The notes: generated by a model from the sequence alone, not told the origin. Positions 27,756 through 37,746 are shown, numbered from the whole stretch's first letter. The stretch: 63,761 nucleotides of DNA, filler included, from Desulfonatronovibrionaceae bacterium (GCA_046539845.1; 3 parts of 3 records of this genome joined end to end with filler, not necessarily neighbours in it), one strand, 5' to 3'. Numbers and translations are program-made.

Positions 27756-29387
27756 ATGCGCGAATACAGCGAGATATTTAATCAGGATTTTGTTTATCTG
27801 AGGAACTTTTTGCGCACTGTGGAGCGTGATCCGTGGCGAAACGCGCTTACATGTACCGCTCAGGGGCTTACCTGGAGCTATGAGCAGCTGAACGCTGAGA
27901 GTAACAGGCTTGCCGCGGCAGTCCAAAGGGATGGTCTTGTCCGGGGAGACGTGGTCATGACCATGCTCCTCAACACCCCGGAATATGTCTTTTGCTGGAT
28001 TGGACTGCAGAAGGCGGGGGTGGTTTTTTCGCCTATAAATTTCCGTCTGGCCCCGGCTGAAGTGGCTTCGCACATAGAGGACAGCCGTCCCAAGGCCTTT
28101 ATATTTGACGCCAGTGTAAAGGATGTAGTCCTGGAGGCCCTGGAACTGCTAAAGGATAGACCAGAAATCCTGGTCATGACCGGAGAGGAGAAGACTCCCT
28201 CGGAAGGGGTGCTGAGCTACCGGGATTACGTGCAGAGCGTGCCGGCAAATGAGGTATATCCCGAAGGCATGGGACCGTTCGAGGAGATAGTCCGTCTGTA
28301 TACCTCCGGGACCACGGGCAGCCCCAAGGGGGTACCGCTGAACAATATAAACAATGTCCTCAGGAGCTATGATGTGCTTATGCATTTCCCCCTCGGTCCC
28401 GGGGACAAGACAATGAATATGTCTCCCTGGTTTCACGCCGGCGGACTGCACAGCGGAGGACCTTGTCCCACCCTGCATGCCGGCGGGGAGATTTTTGCCC
28501 TTAAGGTCTTTGCTCCGCGGCAGGTCCTGGATTTAGTCCAGGAACACGGTTTGACTTTTCTGATCGGAGCCCCGGCCAACCTGGAGATGCTGGCCGCAGC
28601 CCAGGCTCAGAGCCCCCGGGACTTAAGCAGCCTAAAAGGGATAGTGACCATGGGCGCTCCGCTCTCCAGGGAGGCCTGCCTGCGTTACCAGGAGGTTTTG
28701 ACCCCGAATATATTCAACGGCTACGGGACCACTGAGACCTTCTGGAATACCTTTTTACGGCCGCATGATCTCCCGGCCAAGGCCGGCACCGCAGGAAGAC
28801 CCTGCACCGACGACCAGGTCCGGGTGGTGAGAATATATGAAGAAAAGGTCCATGCCGAGCCTGATGATTATGTGCCCAGAAACGGGAGCGAAGAGGGCGA
28901 GGTGATAATAAGGACGCTCAAGGCCCCTTATCGCTATTTCAACAAGCCTGAAGAGGATGAAAAGCATTATTACCAGGGGTGGTACTATACCAACGATATA
29001 GCCACCTGGGACGAAAAAGGGTTTATAACCATCTGCGGCCGCAAGGATGATATGATTATAAGCGAGGGGGAAAATATCCATCCGGTCCAAGTGGAAACCG
29101 TGATCAACTCCCATCCCAAGGTGCGGGATTCCTTTGTCATCGGAGTTCCGGACAAGATGCGGGGCGAGGCGGTGGCTGCCTATGTCATCCCCGAGGACGA
29201 TGGGCTCACCGCCCAGGAACTGTTCCAGTATCTGACCGACAGCCCGGAGCTGTCCAGGTTCAAGCGGCCCAGATACATAAAATTCGCGGACAGTCTTCCG
29301 TTTACAGCCACCGGAAAGAAGCAGTATTTTGTCCTTCGCAAACAGGCAGAAGAGGATCTTGCAAACGGCAGCCTTAAAAGACCGTAG
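27756..29387 (+). CDS. AMP-forming acyl-CoA synthetase (fatty-acid-CoA ligase family)
   Basis: YTSGTTGSPKG, NGYGTTE, GRKDDMIISEGENIHP, PFTATGK; GGGAGG RBS. Confidence 0.92.
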   Translation: MREYSEIFNQDFVYLRNFLRTVERDPWRNALTCTAQGLTWSYEQLNAESNRLAAAVQRDGLVRGDVVMTMLLNTPEYVFCWIGLQKAGVVFSPINFRLAPAEVASHIEDSRPKAFIFDASVKDVVLEALELLKDRPEILVMTGEEKTPSEGVLSYRDYVQSVPANEVYPEGMGPFEEIVRLYTSGTTGSPKGVPLNNINNVLRSYDVLMHFPLGPGDKTMNMSPWFHAGGLHSGGPCPTLHAGGEIFALKVFAPRQVLDLVQEHGLTFLIGAPANLEMLAAAQAQSPRDLSSLKGIVTMGAPLSREACLRYQEVLTPNIFNGYGTTETFWNTFLRPHDLPAKAGTAGRPCTDDQVRVVRIYEEKVHAEPDDYVPRNGSEEGEVIIRTLKAPYRYFNKPEEDEKHYYQGWYYTNDIATWDEKGFITICGRKDDMIISEGENIHPVQVETVINSHPKVRDSFVIGVPDKMRGEAVAAYVIPEDDGLTAQELFQYLTDSPELSRFKRPRYIKFADSLPFTATGKKQYFVLRKQAEEDLANGSLKRP

Positions 29388-29688
29388 GCCAGATCTAGCC
29401 GGGATATACGGTTTTGCTGAACTCCGCGTTACCGGGAAAAATTCCGGCTTAAAAAAGGGAAGCCTTTGGGGGGGATGGAGGATGGCTGGGGGACAGCAGC
29501 CGCGCATAAACCTCCCCAGGGCAGGAAAGCGGCTATAAATGCATGTTACTTACAGATAGGTACGCTTAGGCCCTGATCTTTTTCACTGTCAGCCAAGGCC
29601 GGGATATTTTCCCGGCTGATAAAGATCGGGTAGAAAGGGATCAAAAACAAGGATTGAATTTAATTGTTTGCCAGGTCAGGCTTTTATT

Positions 29689-29764
29689 TGGTGGAGGCGA
29701 GGGGGATCGAACCCCTGACCTCAGCGTTGCGAACGCTGCGCTCTCCCGGCTGAGCTACGCCCCC
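29689..29764 (-). tRNA. tRNA-Ala(CGC)
   Basis: GGGGGCGTAGCTCAGCCGGGAGAGCGCAGCGTTCGCAACGCTGAGGTCAGGGGTTCGATCCCCCTCGCCTCCACCA; 76 nt, G3:U70 identity pair, CCA encoded. Confidence 0.97.
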
Positions 29765-30021
29765 ACTTGAAGATTGCGGCCGAGTCCCTGTCCACACATG
29801 CTTAAGCGCTCCAACTACTGGCAATTTTTCCCCTGCTTGTCAAAGGAGACTTGGATTGCGCCCAGGGGCTTGACGCCAAAAGCGGATTATACTCCAAGGA
29901 GAATTTCAATGCGTACATCCAAGCCAGTGCATTATAGGCAACCGGCTTCAGGTCCAGGTTGCAGCCGATGGCCTCAAGCCCCGGAAAGGCTGTTCGCTGG
30001 CCGGGGCAAAGGATTTTTTAC

Positions 30022-30097
30022 TGGAGCCAGGAATCGGACTTGAACCGACGACCTGCTGATTACGAATCAGCTGCTCTACCAACTGAGCTATCCTGGC
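30022..30097 (-). tRNA. tRNA-Thr(CGT)
   Basis: GCCAGGATAGCTCAGTTGGTAGAGCAGCTGATTCGTAATCAGCAGGTCGTCGGTTCAAGTCCGATTCCTGGCTCCA; 76 nt, CCA encoded. Confidence 0.97.
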
Positions 30098-30241
30098 TAA
30101 GGGACTCTATTTATACTTGTTTTCCAAAAAAAGCAAGGGATTTTAAGGGGGAATGCGTGTCCCCTGTACAATCGACTCTCTGAGTTGTAAGTAAAAATTG
30201 TCGAGACACAGGCGAAATACATATGGACAAGATCTTTATTT

Positions 30242-31270
30242 ATGGGACTGGTTATGTCCGGATTGCTCCTCAAAACCGGACTTAAAGAGTGCTTTGACGC
30301 CGCGGGCGGGTTAGTACGCTGCAGCGGGTCCGGACAGGATGCAGAGTTTAGGATCGGGAGGGAGATCCCTGTGCCTCGCTTCATCCCTGCCGGGGAAGGA
30401 TTGGTCCGGGATGAATATACCGGATTGGTCTGGCCAAGGGGTTCGGATGTATTTGATTTTCCCCTGACCTGGGCTGAGTCTTTACAGATGATCGAATCCC
30501 TGAATAAAGAGGCCTTTTTGGGCCGAAATACCTGGCGCATGCCGGACAGAAGGGAGCTTAGGAGCCTGATCGATCACGGTTCCAGGATGCCGGCCATGCC
30601 GGGTGAGCATCCTTTTTTCGGTTTCCGGGAGTCCTGGTACTGGACGGGGACGAGTTCAGCCATGTATACGGACTATGCGTGGTATATTCATTTTGCCGGA
30701 GGTCGAATGTTTTGGGGGCGCAAGGATCAGCAGGCATTCTGTCGTCCTGTGAGCGGCCGCTCCAAGATTATCCTGCCCACGGGTCAGTCGACCTGCCTGG
30801 ACAGCCGCGGCAAAGAGATAAGATGCAGCGGGATATATGCCCTGGCGGACAGAGGGCATCCCCTGGATGCGAAAGAGAGATTCCGGGTGCACTCTACGGG
30901 AGTTGAGGACGGGCTGACCGGATTGCTGTGGCATGTGGATCCTTTTCTCGATTCCCGGGAAGTAAAATGGCAAAAGGCCCTGGATATGGTGGACCGGATG
31001 AATTCCAAACAATCGGAAGTGTCTTGGCGCTTGCCGAACATAAACGAGTTGGAGTCAATCGTGGATTGCTCTAGGCATACCCCGGCCCTCTCCCTGCCGG
31101 TAGCGTCTGAAAAGGTCCAAGAAGTGTATTGGTCCTCCAGCACCAGCGGCTATGAAACGGATTGGGCCTTTGCCCTGTACATGCACAAAGGTGCTGTCGG
31201 GGTGGGTCACAAGTCCTCGGCCGCATACGCTGTTTGGCCGGTGGCCGGGGATCCAAAGCGTTTAGGCTGA
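30242..31270 (+). CDS. tandem DUF1566 (Lcl C-terminal-like) domain protein
   Basis: Two repeats of D..TGL.W, WR.P...EL.S..D, YW(T/S)..S, aromatic-rich tail. Confidence 0.85.
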   Translation: MGLVMSGLLLKTGLKECFDAAGGLVRCSGSGQDAEFRIGREIPVPRFIPAGEGLVRDEYTGLVWPRGSDVFDFPLTWAESLQMIESLNKEAFLGRNTWRMPDRRELRSLIDHGSRMPAMPGEHPFFGFRESWYWTGTSSAMYTDYAWYIHFAGGRMFWGRKDQQAFCRPVSGRSKIILPTGQSTCLDSRGKEIRCSGIYALADRGHPLDAKERFRVHSTGVEDGLTGLLWHVDPFLDSREVKWQKALDMVDRMNSKQSEVSWRLPNINELESIVDCSRHTPALSLPVASEKVQEVYWSSSTSGYETDWAFALYMHKGAVGVGHKSSAAYAVWPVAGDPKRLG

Positions 31271-31387
31271 GAGTCTGTCAAGCACTTGATGGGAGAAAGA
31301 TCCGGCAAAGAGAGTTGCGGACAAGGGGTAAGGTGCGCTTGCGGGAACCAGGGAGCTTATCAATTTCAGGCACAAAAGGAGATAGTC

Positions 31388-31924
31388 ATGTTGCGTGTCT
31401 TTTTTGTCTTTTCGGTGTTTTTGTTTTTCGGCCTGTTTTTTGCCCCTGCGGCTCACTGCCAAAGTGCGGAGGAACTGGCCGAGACAGCCAGGGAAAAGGC
31501 GAGTCGATCCTCAGATGCCGATCTCAGTTGGGACGAGATCTATGACAAATTGGACCAAGCCTGTGCCATGCTGCAGGAAGACGGTCTGGAGGAAGGTCTG
31601 AAACAGATGCAGGGCGACAGCCCGTTCGTGTTTAAGGGGACATATATATGGGTGCACGATCTGGACTTTACTATGCTTATGCATCCCATGGACCCGGAGC
31701 TGGTGGGGGAGAATATAAAAGACTATCGCGACGACCAGGGTAAACTCTTGTTTCAGGACATGAACGAGCGGGTGGAGGTGTCCCCGGAAGGCGTGGCTTT
31801 TGTGGATTATTACTGGCCCAAGCCGGGGGTAGAGGACAAGAGTTTTCCCAAGCGTTCTATCGTCAGCCTGTGTGAGGTGGAGGGGAAGGAGGTTGTTTTG
31901 GGCTGTGGCAAATACCTGGACTGA
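31388..31924 (+). CDS. secreted stand-alone single Cache-domain protein
   Basis: Signal peptide; YIWVHD..MLMHP..LVG....D..GK..F, YYWPKPG; AAGGAG RBS. Confidence 0.85.
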   Translation: MLRVFFVFSVFLFFGLFFAPAAHCQSAEELAETAREKASRSSDADLSWDEIYDKLDQACAMLQEDGLEEGLKQMQGDSPFVFKGTYIWVHDLDFTMLMHPMDPELVGENIKDYRDDQGKLLFQDMNERVEVSPEGVAFVDYYWPKPGVEDKSFPKRSIVSLCEVEGKEVVLGCGKYLD

Positions 31925-31970
31925 TTGTTATAACCGGGAAAAATCCTTTTTTCGGCAGCCGCGGGGGTAC

Positions 31971-33218
31971 TCAGTTTTCTGAATAATAGGGTCCGAATAC
32001 CTCGAGGGCCTCGCGGACGGTGTTTAGATCCGCGACCCGGATCTCTACGCCGGCATCGTCCAGAATGATGCCCGGTCCCTTGTCCCGGATGTCATCTTTT
32101 ACAACCAGGCGGTCTATATCCAGGTTGGCAAGCCAGGCGGCCACTTTTATCCCCCGGCCTTGGCCTGCGGATTGGTAGGGGTTGGCCTGGATATCCCGGG
32201 TGAATGAGTTTCTGTCTTGGGCGCAAAAGTCCAGAAAGGCGAAATACGGGGCTGCTCCAAAATTGCCGCTCAGGGCCTCTTTTCCTGCATTAAGAGGCAT
32301 GGCGAGCCGAAAACATTTTTCTGCACAAGGTTCGTAATGGATGGTTATGCGATCCGCCCGCGGCAATGCCCTGCGGATATTTTTCTCTATCTCCTCGCTT
32401 GCCTGATGCGCTTTTTCCAGATCCGCGGTGCGCAGTCTGATCTCCGCCTGGATGAAAACAAATCTGCCCGCATTGCTGGCGATCAGACTTTCTGTCTTGG
32501 TGACCAGGGGGTGTTCATTTATGATGTCCCTAATTTCCTCCAGGGTGCGGGAATCGATTGAGGCGTCCAAAAGGGCGCGTACCCCCTCGGACAAAAGTTC
32601 CCACCCGGCTTTGGCTATGAATAAGAGTACTATTGCGGCTCCGAGGCGGTCTATTCCTATCCCCAGGATATCAAAATCCATATTAAAATAACCCAGGGTG
32701 ACCGAAGTCAAAACCACCAGGGAGGAAAGCACATCCACCTGTCTGTGCTTGGCCTCGGCCAGAAGGGTGGGTGATCCGGTGCGCCGGCCCACGTGCAGAG
32801 CGAATCTGCCGAACCCGTAGATGGCCAGTGTGGACAGAAACATGAAAACAAGGATTGAAAGGGTGATCCTGGGCGCGGGACCGCCCGGGCTCAGAGCCCG
32901 GACAGCGATTTCATATCCGGCGTAAAAGATGAACAGGGCCACAACCACGGAGATCAGGTTCTCTATCTTATACAGGCCCAAAGGGTAATTCTTTGTTTTT
33001 TTCTCCGCGAGGCATACGCCGATGAACACGGCCAAGGAGGTCACCGAGTCTGTGGCCGAGTCAATAGCCCCTGCGGTTACAGCCAGGCTCCCGGACATAA
33101 GGGCCAGCAGCCCCTTGCCTCCAGCCAGAACCAGATTGAGGACAAAGGCGAAAAAGGTGACTTTGCGTATGCTGTTTGCTTCCCGGTCGGTCCGGGATTT
33201 TTGTGCAGAGGTAGTCAT
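31971..33218 (-). CDS. cation diffusion facilitator with C-terminal NifX/NifB-like (FeMo-cofactor binding) domain
   Basis: SGSLAV, DSATD, YPLG.YKIENL, EAKHRQVD, dimerisation domain, then NFGAAPYF..NPY..GRG. Confidence 0.88.
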   Translation of the reverse strand: MTTSAQKSRTDREANSIRKVTFFAFVLNLVLAGGKGLLALMSGSLAVTAGAIDSATDSVTSLAVFIGVCLAEKKTKNYPLGLYKIENLISVVVALFIFYAGYEIAVRALSPGGPAPRITLSILVFMFLSTLAIYGFGRFALHVGRRTGSPTLLAEAKHRQVDVLSSLVVLTSVTLGYFNMDFDILGIGIDRLGAAIVLLFIAKAGWELLSEGVRALLDASIDSRTLEEIRDIINEHPLVTKTESLIASNAGRFVFIQAEIRLRTADLEKAHQASEEIEKNIRRALPRADRITIHYEPCAEKCFRLAMPLNAGKEALSGNFGAAPYFAFLDFCAQDRNSFTRDIQANPYQSAGQGRGIKVAAWLANLDIDRLVVKDDIRDKGPGIILDDAGVEIRVADLNTVREALEVFGPYYSEN

Positions 33219-33598
33219 GGACGATTGCAGCGCTGCAGCCTGTGCTAAAGATTACAGTCAGTCAGTATAAATCTTGCCTTCCCCGGCTGAAAGAGGATCA
33301 AAGTACTCAAAGAGGAGAGTACCCGGACCGGGTTGCGCAGACTGGTTTTGCGGCCCGGATCACAAGGATTTTTTCAGCAGTCAGCTAGGTTCTTGGGCCA
33401 TTTATGGCCATGCTAAGGTGAGGAGCGCATTTTGTCCACGCCCCATTTTCTCGGGATCGTCTGAAGGCTGCGGTCCAGTGCCTTAAGACCGGCGGGATAG
33501 GATGGGGGAAGATCTCAAGCGGATATGTACTTACATGCACCCCCCTGGAGGCAGGCTGCAGAGGCAGGCAAATACACCCGGAATCCGGTCTGCGGTCT

Positions 33599-33628
33599 TT
33601 GACAAATAGGAAACCGCCCGGATATATA
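33599..33628 (+). promoter_or_regulatory. putative sigma70 promoter
   Basis: TTGACA-18 bp-TATATA upstream of the RNA methyltransferase. Confidence 0.5.
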
Positions 33629-33702
33629 AACTTAAAATGGGTGTAAAAAATGAAGGGTTAGCCGGGATATTTAAAACCAAACGAGGCAATACTGGAGGTC
33701 AA

Positions 33703-34452
33703 GTGTCTGCTCCGGCTGTGATATTGTGCAGGACAAAGTATCCGGAAAACATTGGTTCCGCGGCCAGGGCATGTGCCAACATGGGCTGCCGGGAGATGGT
33801 GCTGGTGGCCCCCAATGATTTTGATCCGGAAAAGGCGGCCCCGCTGGCCACTTCCAGGGGAATGCGTATCCTGGAAAAGGCCAGGCGGGTACCGGATCTG
33901 GAACAAGGGCTTTGCGGGTATCATGACGTGTATGCAACTACAGCCAGAATCGGGGGTTGGAGAAAGGGGGTTCTCCGGCCGGATCAGGCGGCCCGGGAAA
34001 TGCTTGCGGGGACAAAAAAAGGCAAGACCGCGGCCGTGGTCTTCGGTCCGGAAGATACCGGGCTTACCAACCGGGAAGTAGAGATGTGCGGCCGGCTCAT
34101 CTGCATCCCCACTGTTTTTGATGCCTGGTCCTTGAATATATCTCAGGCGGTTTTGCTTGTCCTTTACGAGTATTTCAAGGTAGATCCGGGCAAAATGGCC
34201 CGGAACAGCGACCGGGGAAGCGCCCCGTTTATCACCCATTCAGAACGCAGGATCCTCTATTTTCATATCCAAAAGGCCCTTTTGGATATGGATTACCTCC
34301 ATCCGGATAATCCGGACTATTTTATGATGGCCATGAAGCGTTTCCTGGACCGCATAGATTTCCGGCGCAACGAATTTGATCTCTTGATGGGGGTCTGCCG
34401 TCAGATAGGCTGGCTCAGGCGGGAGGCGGATAAAGATCCCATCCGTTCCTAA
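33703..34452 (+). CDS. TrmJ/LasT-family SPOUT RNA methyltransferase
   Basis: PENIGSAARACANMG, ATTAR, VFGPEDTGLTN, SLNISQAV; GTG 33703 has a GGAGG RBS (ORF open from 33637). Confidence 0.9.
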   Translation: MSAPAVILCRTKYPENIGSAARACANMGCREMVLVAPNDFDPEKAAPLATSRGMRILEKARRVPDLEQGLCGYHDVYATTARIGGWRKGVLRPDQAAREMLAGTKKGKTAAVVFGPEDTGLTNREVEMCGRLICIPTVFDAWSLNISQAVLLVLYEYFKVDPGKMARNSDRGSAPFITHSERRILYFHIQKALLDMDYLHPDNPDYFMMAMKRFLDRIDFRRNEFDLLMGVCRQIGWLRREADKDPIRS

Positions 34453-34653
34453 AAGAGGCAGGAATAATAGCCTTTAAATCCAGCTTGTTCAATATTGCTT
34501 GCTGATTATTGGCAACTGAATTTTGTATATATTTGTGTGCGCAGCCGGATACATTTTCCTGGTCCGGTCTTGTTGGCAAGGCAGCATAAAGGGCCGGGAA
34601 AAATCCACAGTAAACGTCAGGGAACCGACTTTTGGTCACAAGCGGAGGGAAGA

Positions 34654-36159
34654 ATGGTCAAAAAAGTCTGTTTTTGGGGGTGCTTGTTTTTGTTTTTTGC
34701 TTGTCCGGCAAGGGCCGCTGTCACTGAGGTGGAGCTGTATCCAAATCAGGCCCGGGTCGAAGAGACCGCGGTCCTTCAGGCCGGGAAAAAGCAGCTGAGC
34801 GTGGAGCTGTCCGGACACGTTCGGGCGAACACGATCCGTGTGCATTATCCGCAGGGAGAGATTATCTCCCTGTCCACTGACCTGCGCTCCGCATCTATGC
34901 CGGATAGACTAGCCGCACTCAAGGAAAAATTGCAAAAACTGAAAAGCAAAAAGGATGCAATACAGAGTCAAGTCAATTCCCTGGAGGGGGAGATATCTTA
35001 TTTCCGGAGCACGGAACCGGCTCCGGAAAGCGGTCTGCAGGCCGTCCTTTCCTTGGGGGAAGCGGTCCGAAAGCAGCTGCGAACTGCTTATGACCAATTG
35101 TTTGAGCACAAAAGGGTTCAAGGCGACATCGAAGAAGAGATAAAAGAGGTTGAGCAGGAGCTGGATCAGGCCTCCGGGAGCCGGGAAGAGAAGTTGGTCC
35201 TTGATCTGGTCGTGGATAGGCCTGCGTCCCGGGATAGTGATGTCTATCTGAGCTATGTAGTGGATAATTGCGGCTGGAGGAGTGAATACCGCCTGAACGG
35301 GGACCCGGCCGGGAAGGCTGTTGATTTTACCTGGAAGGCCGGGGTATGGCAGAATACGGGGGTGGACTGGAGTAACGCCTCCCTGAGCCTGGCCACCTCC
35401 CGGCCTTTCTGGCAGCTCCAGCCCCCGCAGATAGGGGAGTGGACCATAGCCCCGGCCCGGAAGGGCAAAGTGGGGAAAGAAGGCCGGGACGCGGACCGTA
35501 ACCTGGCGGCCATGGCCCTGACTCAGGCCGCACAAGACGAGCCTTTGCAGGAGAAAAAGGAGTTTCGCACGGTGTACAGTCTGGGGGATATGAACCTCAA
35601 GGCCGGGGAAGAGAAAAGCGTTAAGCTCAGACATGAATCCTGGCCGGCGGAATTTGATTACCTGATCCGCCCCTATCGAGCCCAGGCCGCTTTTGTCCGG
35701 GCCCGGGTGGAATTCGATTCCGCTGTGCGCCTCCCTTCGGGTAAGGCGACCTATTTTCTGGATTCGGCGTATGTCGGCGAGGGGCCTTTGAAGATCAGCA
35801 CGGAAGAAAAAGAGCTGTTTTTCGGTCCGGACGAGCAGATACAAGTGGAGTATATGAACGTGGACAGCATGTCCGGGGAGTCAGGTTTTTTTTCCAAAAA
35901 GGACAGTCATTCCTGGAAATGGCGGGTAAGTGTTAAAAACAGCAAATCCGGTCCGGCTGCGATAGTGATCCAGGATATTATGCCCAAAATCGGGGATGAG
36001 GATATTGAACTGGAAAAGACCTTTGATCCCCGACCGGACAGCGTAGAAGACCGTTTGCTGACTTGGCGCCTGGATATAGATCCCGGGGCAGAGAAAAAAG
36101 TGGTCTATGGCTGCGAGGTGGTCTATCCGAGCGATATGAGTGTGGATCTGGGCCGCTGA
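34654..36159 (+). CDS. DUF4140/DUF4139 (MuiA-like) secreted protein
   Basis: Signal peptide, VELYPNQARV, coiled coil, LSYVV...GW...Y, VWQNTGVDW...LSLAT; GGAGG RBS before ATG 34654. Confidence 0.85.
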   Translation: MVKKVCFWGCLFLFFACPARAAVTEVELYPNQARVEETAVLQAGKKQLSVELSGHVRANTIRVHYPQGEIISLSTDLRSASMPDRLAALKEKLQKLKSKKDAIQSQVNSLEGEISYFRSTEPAPESGLQAVLSLGEAVRKQLRTAYDQLFEHKRVQGDIEEEIKEVEQELDQASGSREEKLVLDLVVDRPASRDSDVYLSYVVDNCGWRSEYRLNGDPAGKAVDFTWKAGVWQNTGVDWSNASLSLATSRPFWQLQPPQIGEWTIAPARKGKVGKEGRDADRNLAAMALTQAAQDEPLQEKKEFRTVYSLGDMNLKAGEEKSVKLRHESWPAEFDYLIRPYRAQAAFVRARVEFDSAVRLPSGKATYFLDSAYVGEGPLKISTEEKELFFGPDEQIQVEYMNVDSMSGESGFFSKKDSHSWKWRVSVKNSKSGPAAIVIQDIMPKIGDEDIELEKTFDPRPDSVEDRLLTWRLDIDPGAEKKVVYGCEVVYPSDMSVDLGR

Positions 36160-36349
36160 ACCCGGCGGCTTTACTTTTTTCTTTTGATCGGGAACAGATA
36201 ATCATCGGAATGGAAAAAGGTTCGTTATATTCGCAACAAAAGCGGGTCTGCACATCTGTTCCCGTCCCTGTGGACCGCTCCGGACCCGGAAGGGGCCCTG
36301 GACATGCCCAGCACCCCGAATATGAACACCGGTAATTATTAAGCCGGAT

Positions 36350-36379
36350 AAAAAAGCCCCGGCTGTCCGGGGCTTTTTT
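36350..36379. terminator. bidirectional intrinsic terminator
   Basis: AAAAAAGCCCCGG-CTGT-CCGGGGCTTTTTT between convergent genes. Confidence 0.9.
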
Positions 36380-37712
36380 TAGTCATTTAAGTTTTCCAGG
36401 AATTTTTCCGGGAAGATGGGGTTCCCGTCCGAGTCGTACATAAAGAGTCCCGGGGCATCATCTCCGGCCGGAGCTGAAGGGGGTCCCCCGGGCGGATTCA
36501 TGGGCGGGACTTCCTGTGGCCCGGGATGTTCGGCCCACAGGGGAGGTTCCGGGATGTCGGGGATAATATGTTTTAAATAAGCCGGAGTATCGGCTTCCAA
36601 CCTCAGTTCGTCATCGTTTTTGTGCCGGGAGAGATCGAACTTGCCGCGCAGGACTTCCGCCCCGGATTCGATGTACATATACACGTCGGTCCTCCCGGAA
36701 TAATTAAGCCCGGCATCATCCAGTTCCCAGCAGTCGGCCCTGGTCCCGGGGTCCAGGGAAAAGTCCTTTTCCATTGTGAATTCATCGAATTCATTTCCCT
36801 CTTTGTTCAGTTTGCGGAACATCTGTCTGTATTTGTTTATATTCATCAATTCAAACTCCCTGCCCAATCCGTAGCAGCCGCTGCTTATCATGGTCAAAAG
36901 CGGAGCCGGAAACAGGTACTGGTCCAGATGCAGGGGGACTTCCACTTGCGGCATGGGCATAGCGGAATATGTAATCCCGCAGGAGTTGTCCGTGTGCATT
37001 TGCTTGGTGTGGATGCCTATCTTTTCCTCCTCTGGATAATAAAGCGGCTGCCCGTCCTCGTCTTCACCCAGCAAATCCTCTGGAGTGTCCTCGCAGATTC
37101 TGCATATAACCTCGGCCATTCCCTGCGCATCCGGGGAGGCCTGGACCATAAGCTCGCGGATTACTCCGTCGGTCCCCGGGGTGGGGATTATGTCTTCCCT
37201 GCCGTGGGACAGTTGGCCAAAGGCTTGCGGATCCAGTTCAAAACCGGTTGCTTCCACCGAGGTCAATGGTTCGTCCTTGAAGTCCACCGCCTGGAACGTG
37301 ACTTCCTTTTCCTCGCCGGGAATGAGTGGAATAACCGGGCCGCCCTTGACTCTTACCGGACAGCGCAGAGTCAATTTGGGGGGATCCTTTATCTCAATTT
37401 TGTCATCAGGGGCTATATTGGGATCACCGAAGGAGGATAGGACCCGCAGTTCAGGCTCGGCCACAGGGCGGGCGCAGGGTTCGCCGACTGCATTGCAGCT
37501 TTTGCTCCATCCCTATGATAGTTCCAGGTCGTATGGACCCTAAGGGCGCCGGGTGTGGAGATGTATATAAGCGGGGTATGCGCTATTTGTTTCGGCCCCG
37601 AGGACACATCCGGGAGATACAGCCGGGCAAGCTCAGTAGGTACTTCCGAGCTGTCTCCTTTGAATTCCGTGGTAATGGCCAAAATTAAAGACAGGCAGGC
37701 AGGGATATGCAT
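36379..37712 (-). pseudogene. orphan acidic protein gene apparently split by a 1-nt frameshift near 37512 (or a sequencing error)
   Basis: The 361-aa ORF lacks a good start and its frame is open to a TAG at 37513-37515. The upstream frame from ATG 37712 joins it if CATAGGGA had one more G (..WNYHR-GWSKSC..). Confidence 0.5.
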
Positions 37713-37746
37713 GGCAAAGCCCTTTTTTGCCTTTTGCTTAGCCCAT

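Noticed and set aside
29909..30043. 44-aa ORF with AAGGAG RBS between the two tRNAs
   Set aside because: Runs antisense into tRNA-Thr, has no protein-like features, and the nearby TTGACG/TATACT boxes are only 12 bp apart
30242..31270. DUF1566 protein as a diversity-generating retroelement target
   Set aside because: No reverse transcriptase and no template repeat differing at adenines seen in the window; the two internal domains are anciently diverged
33219..33598. ncRNA or small gene in the 380-bp CDF-TrmJ spacer
   Set aside because: No recognisable RNA family, promoter-terminator unit or credible ORF
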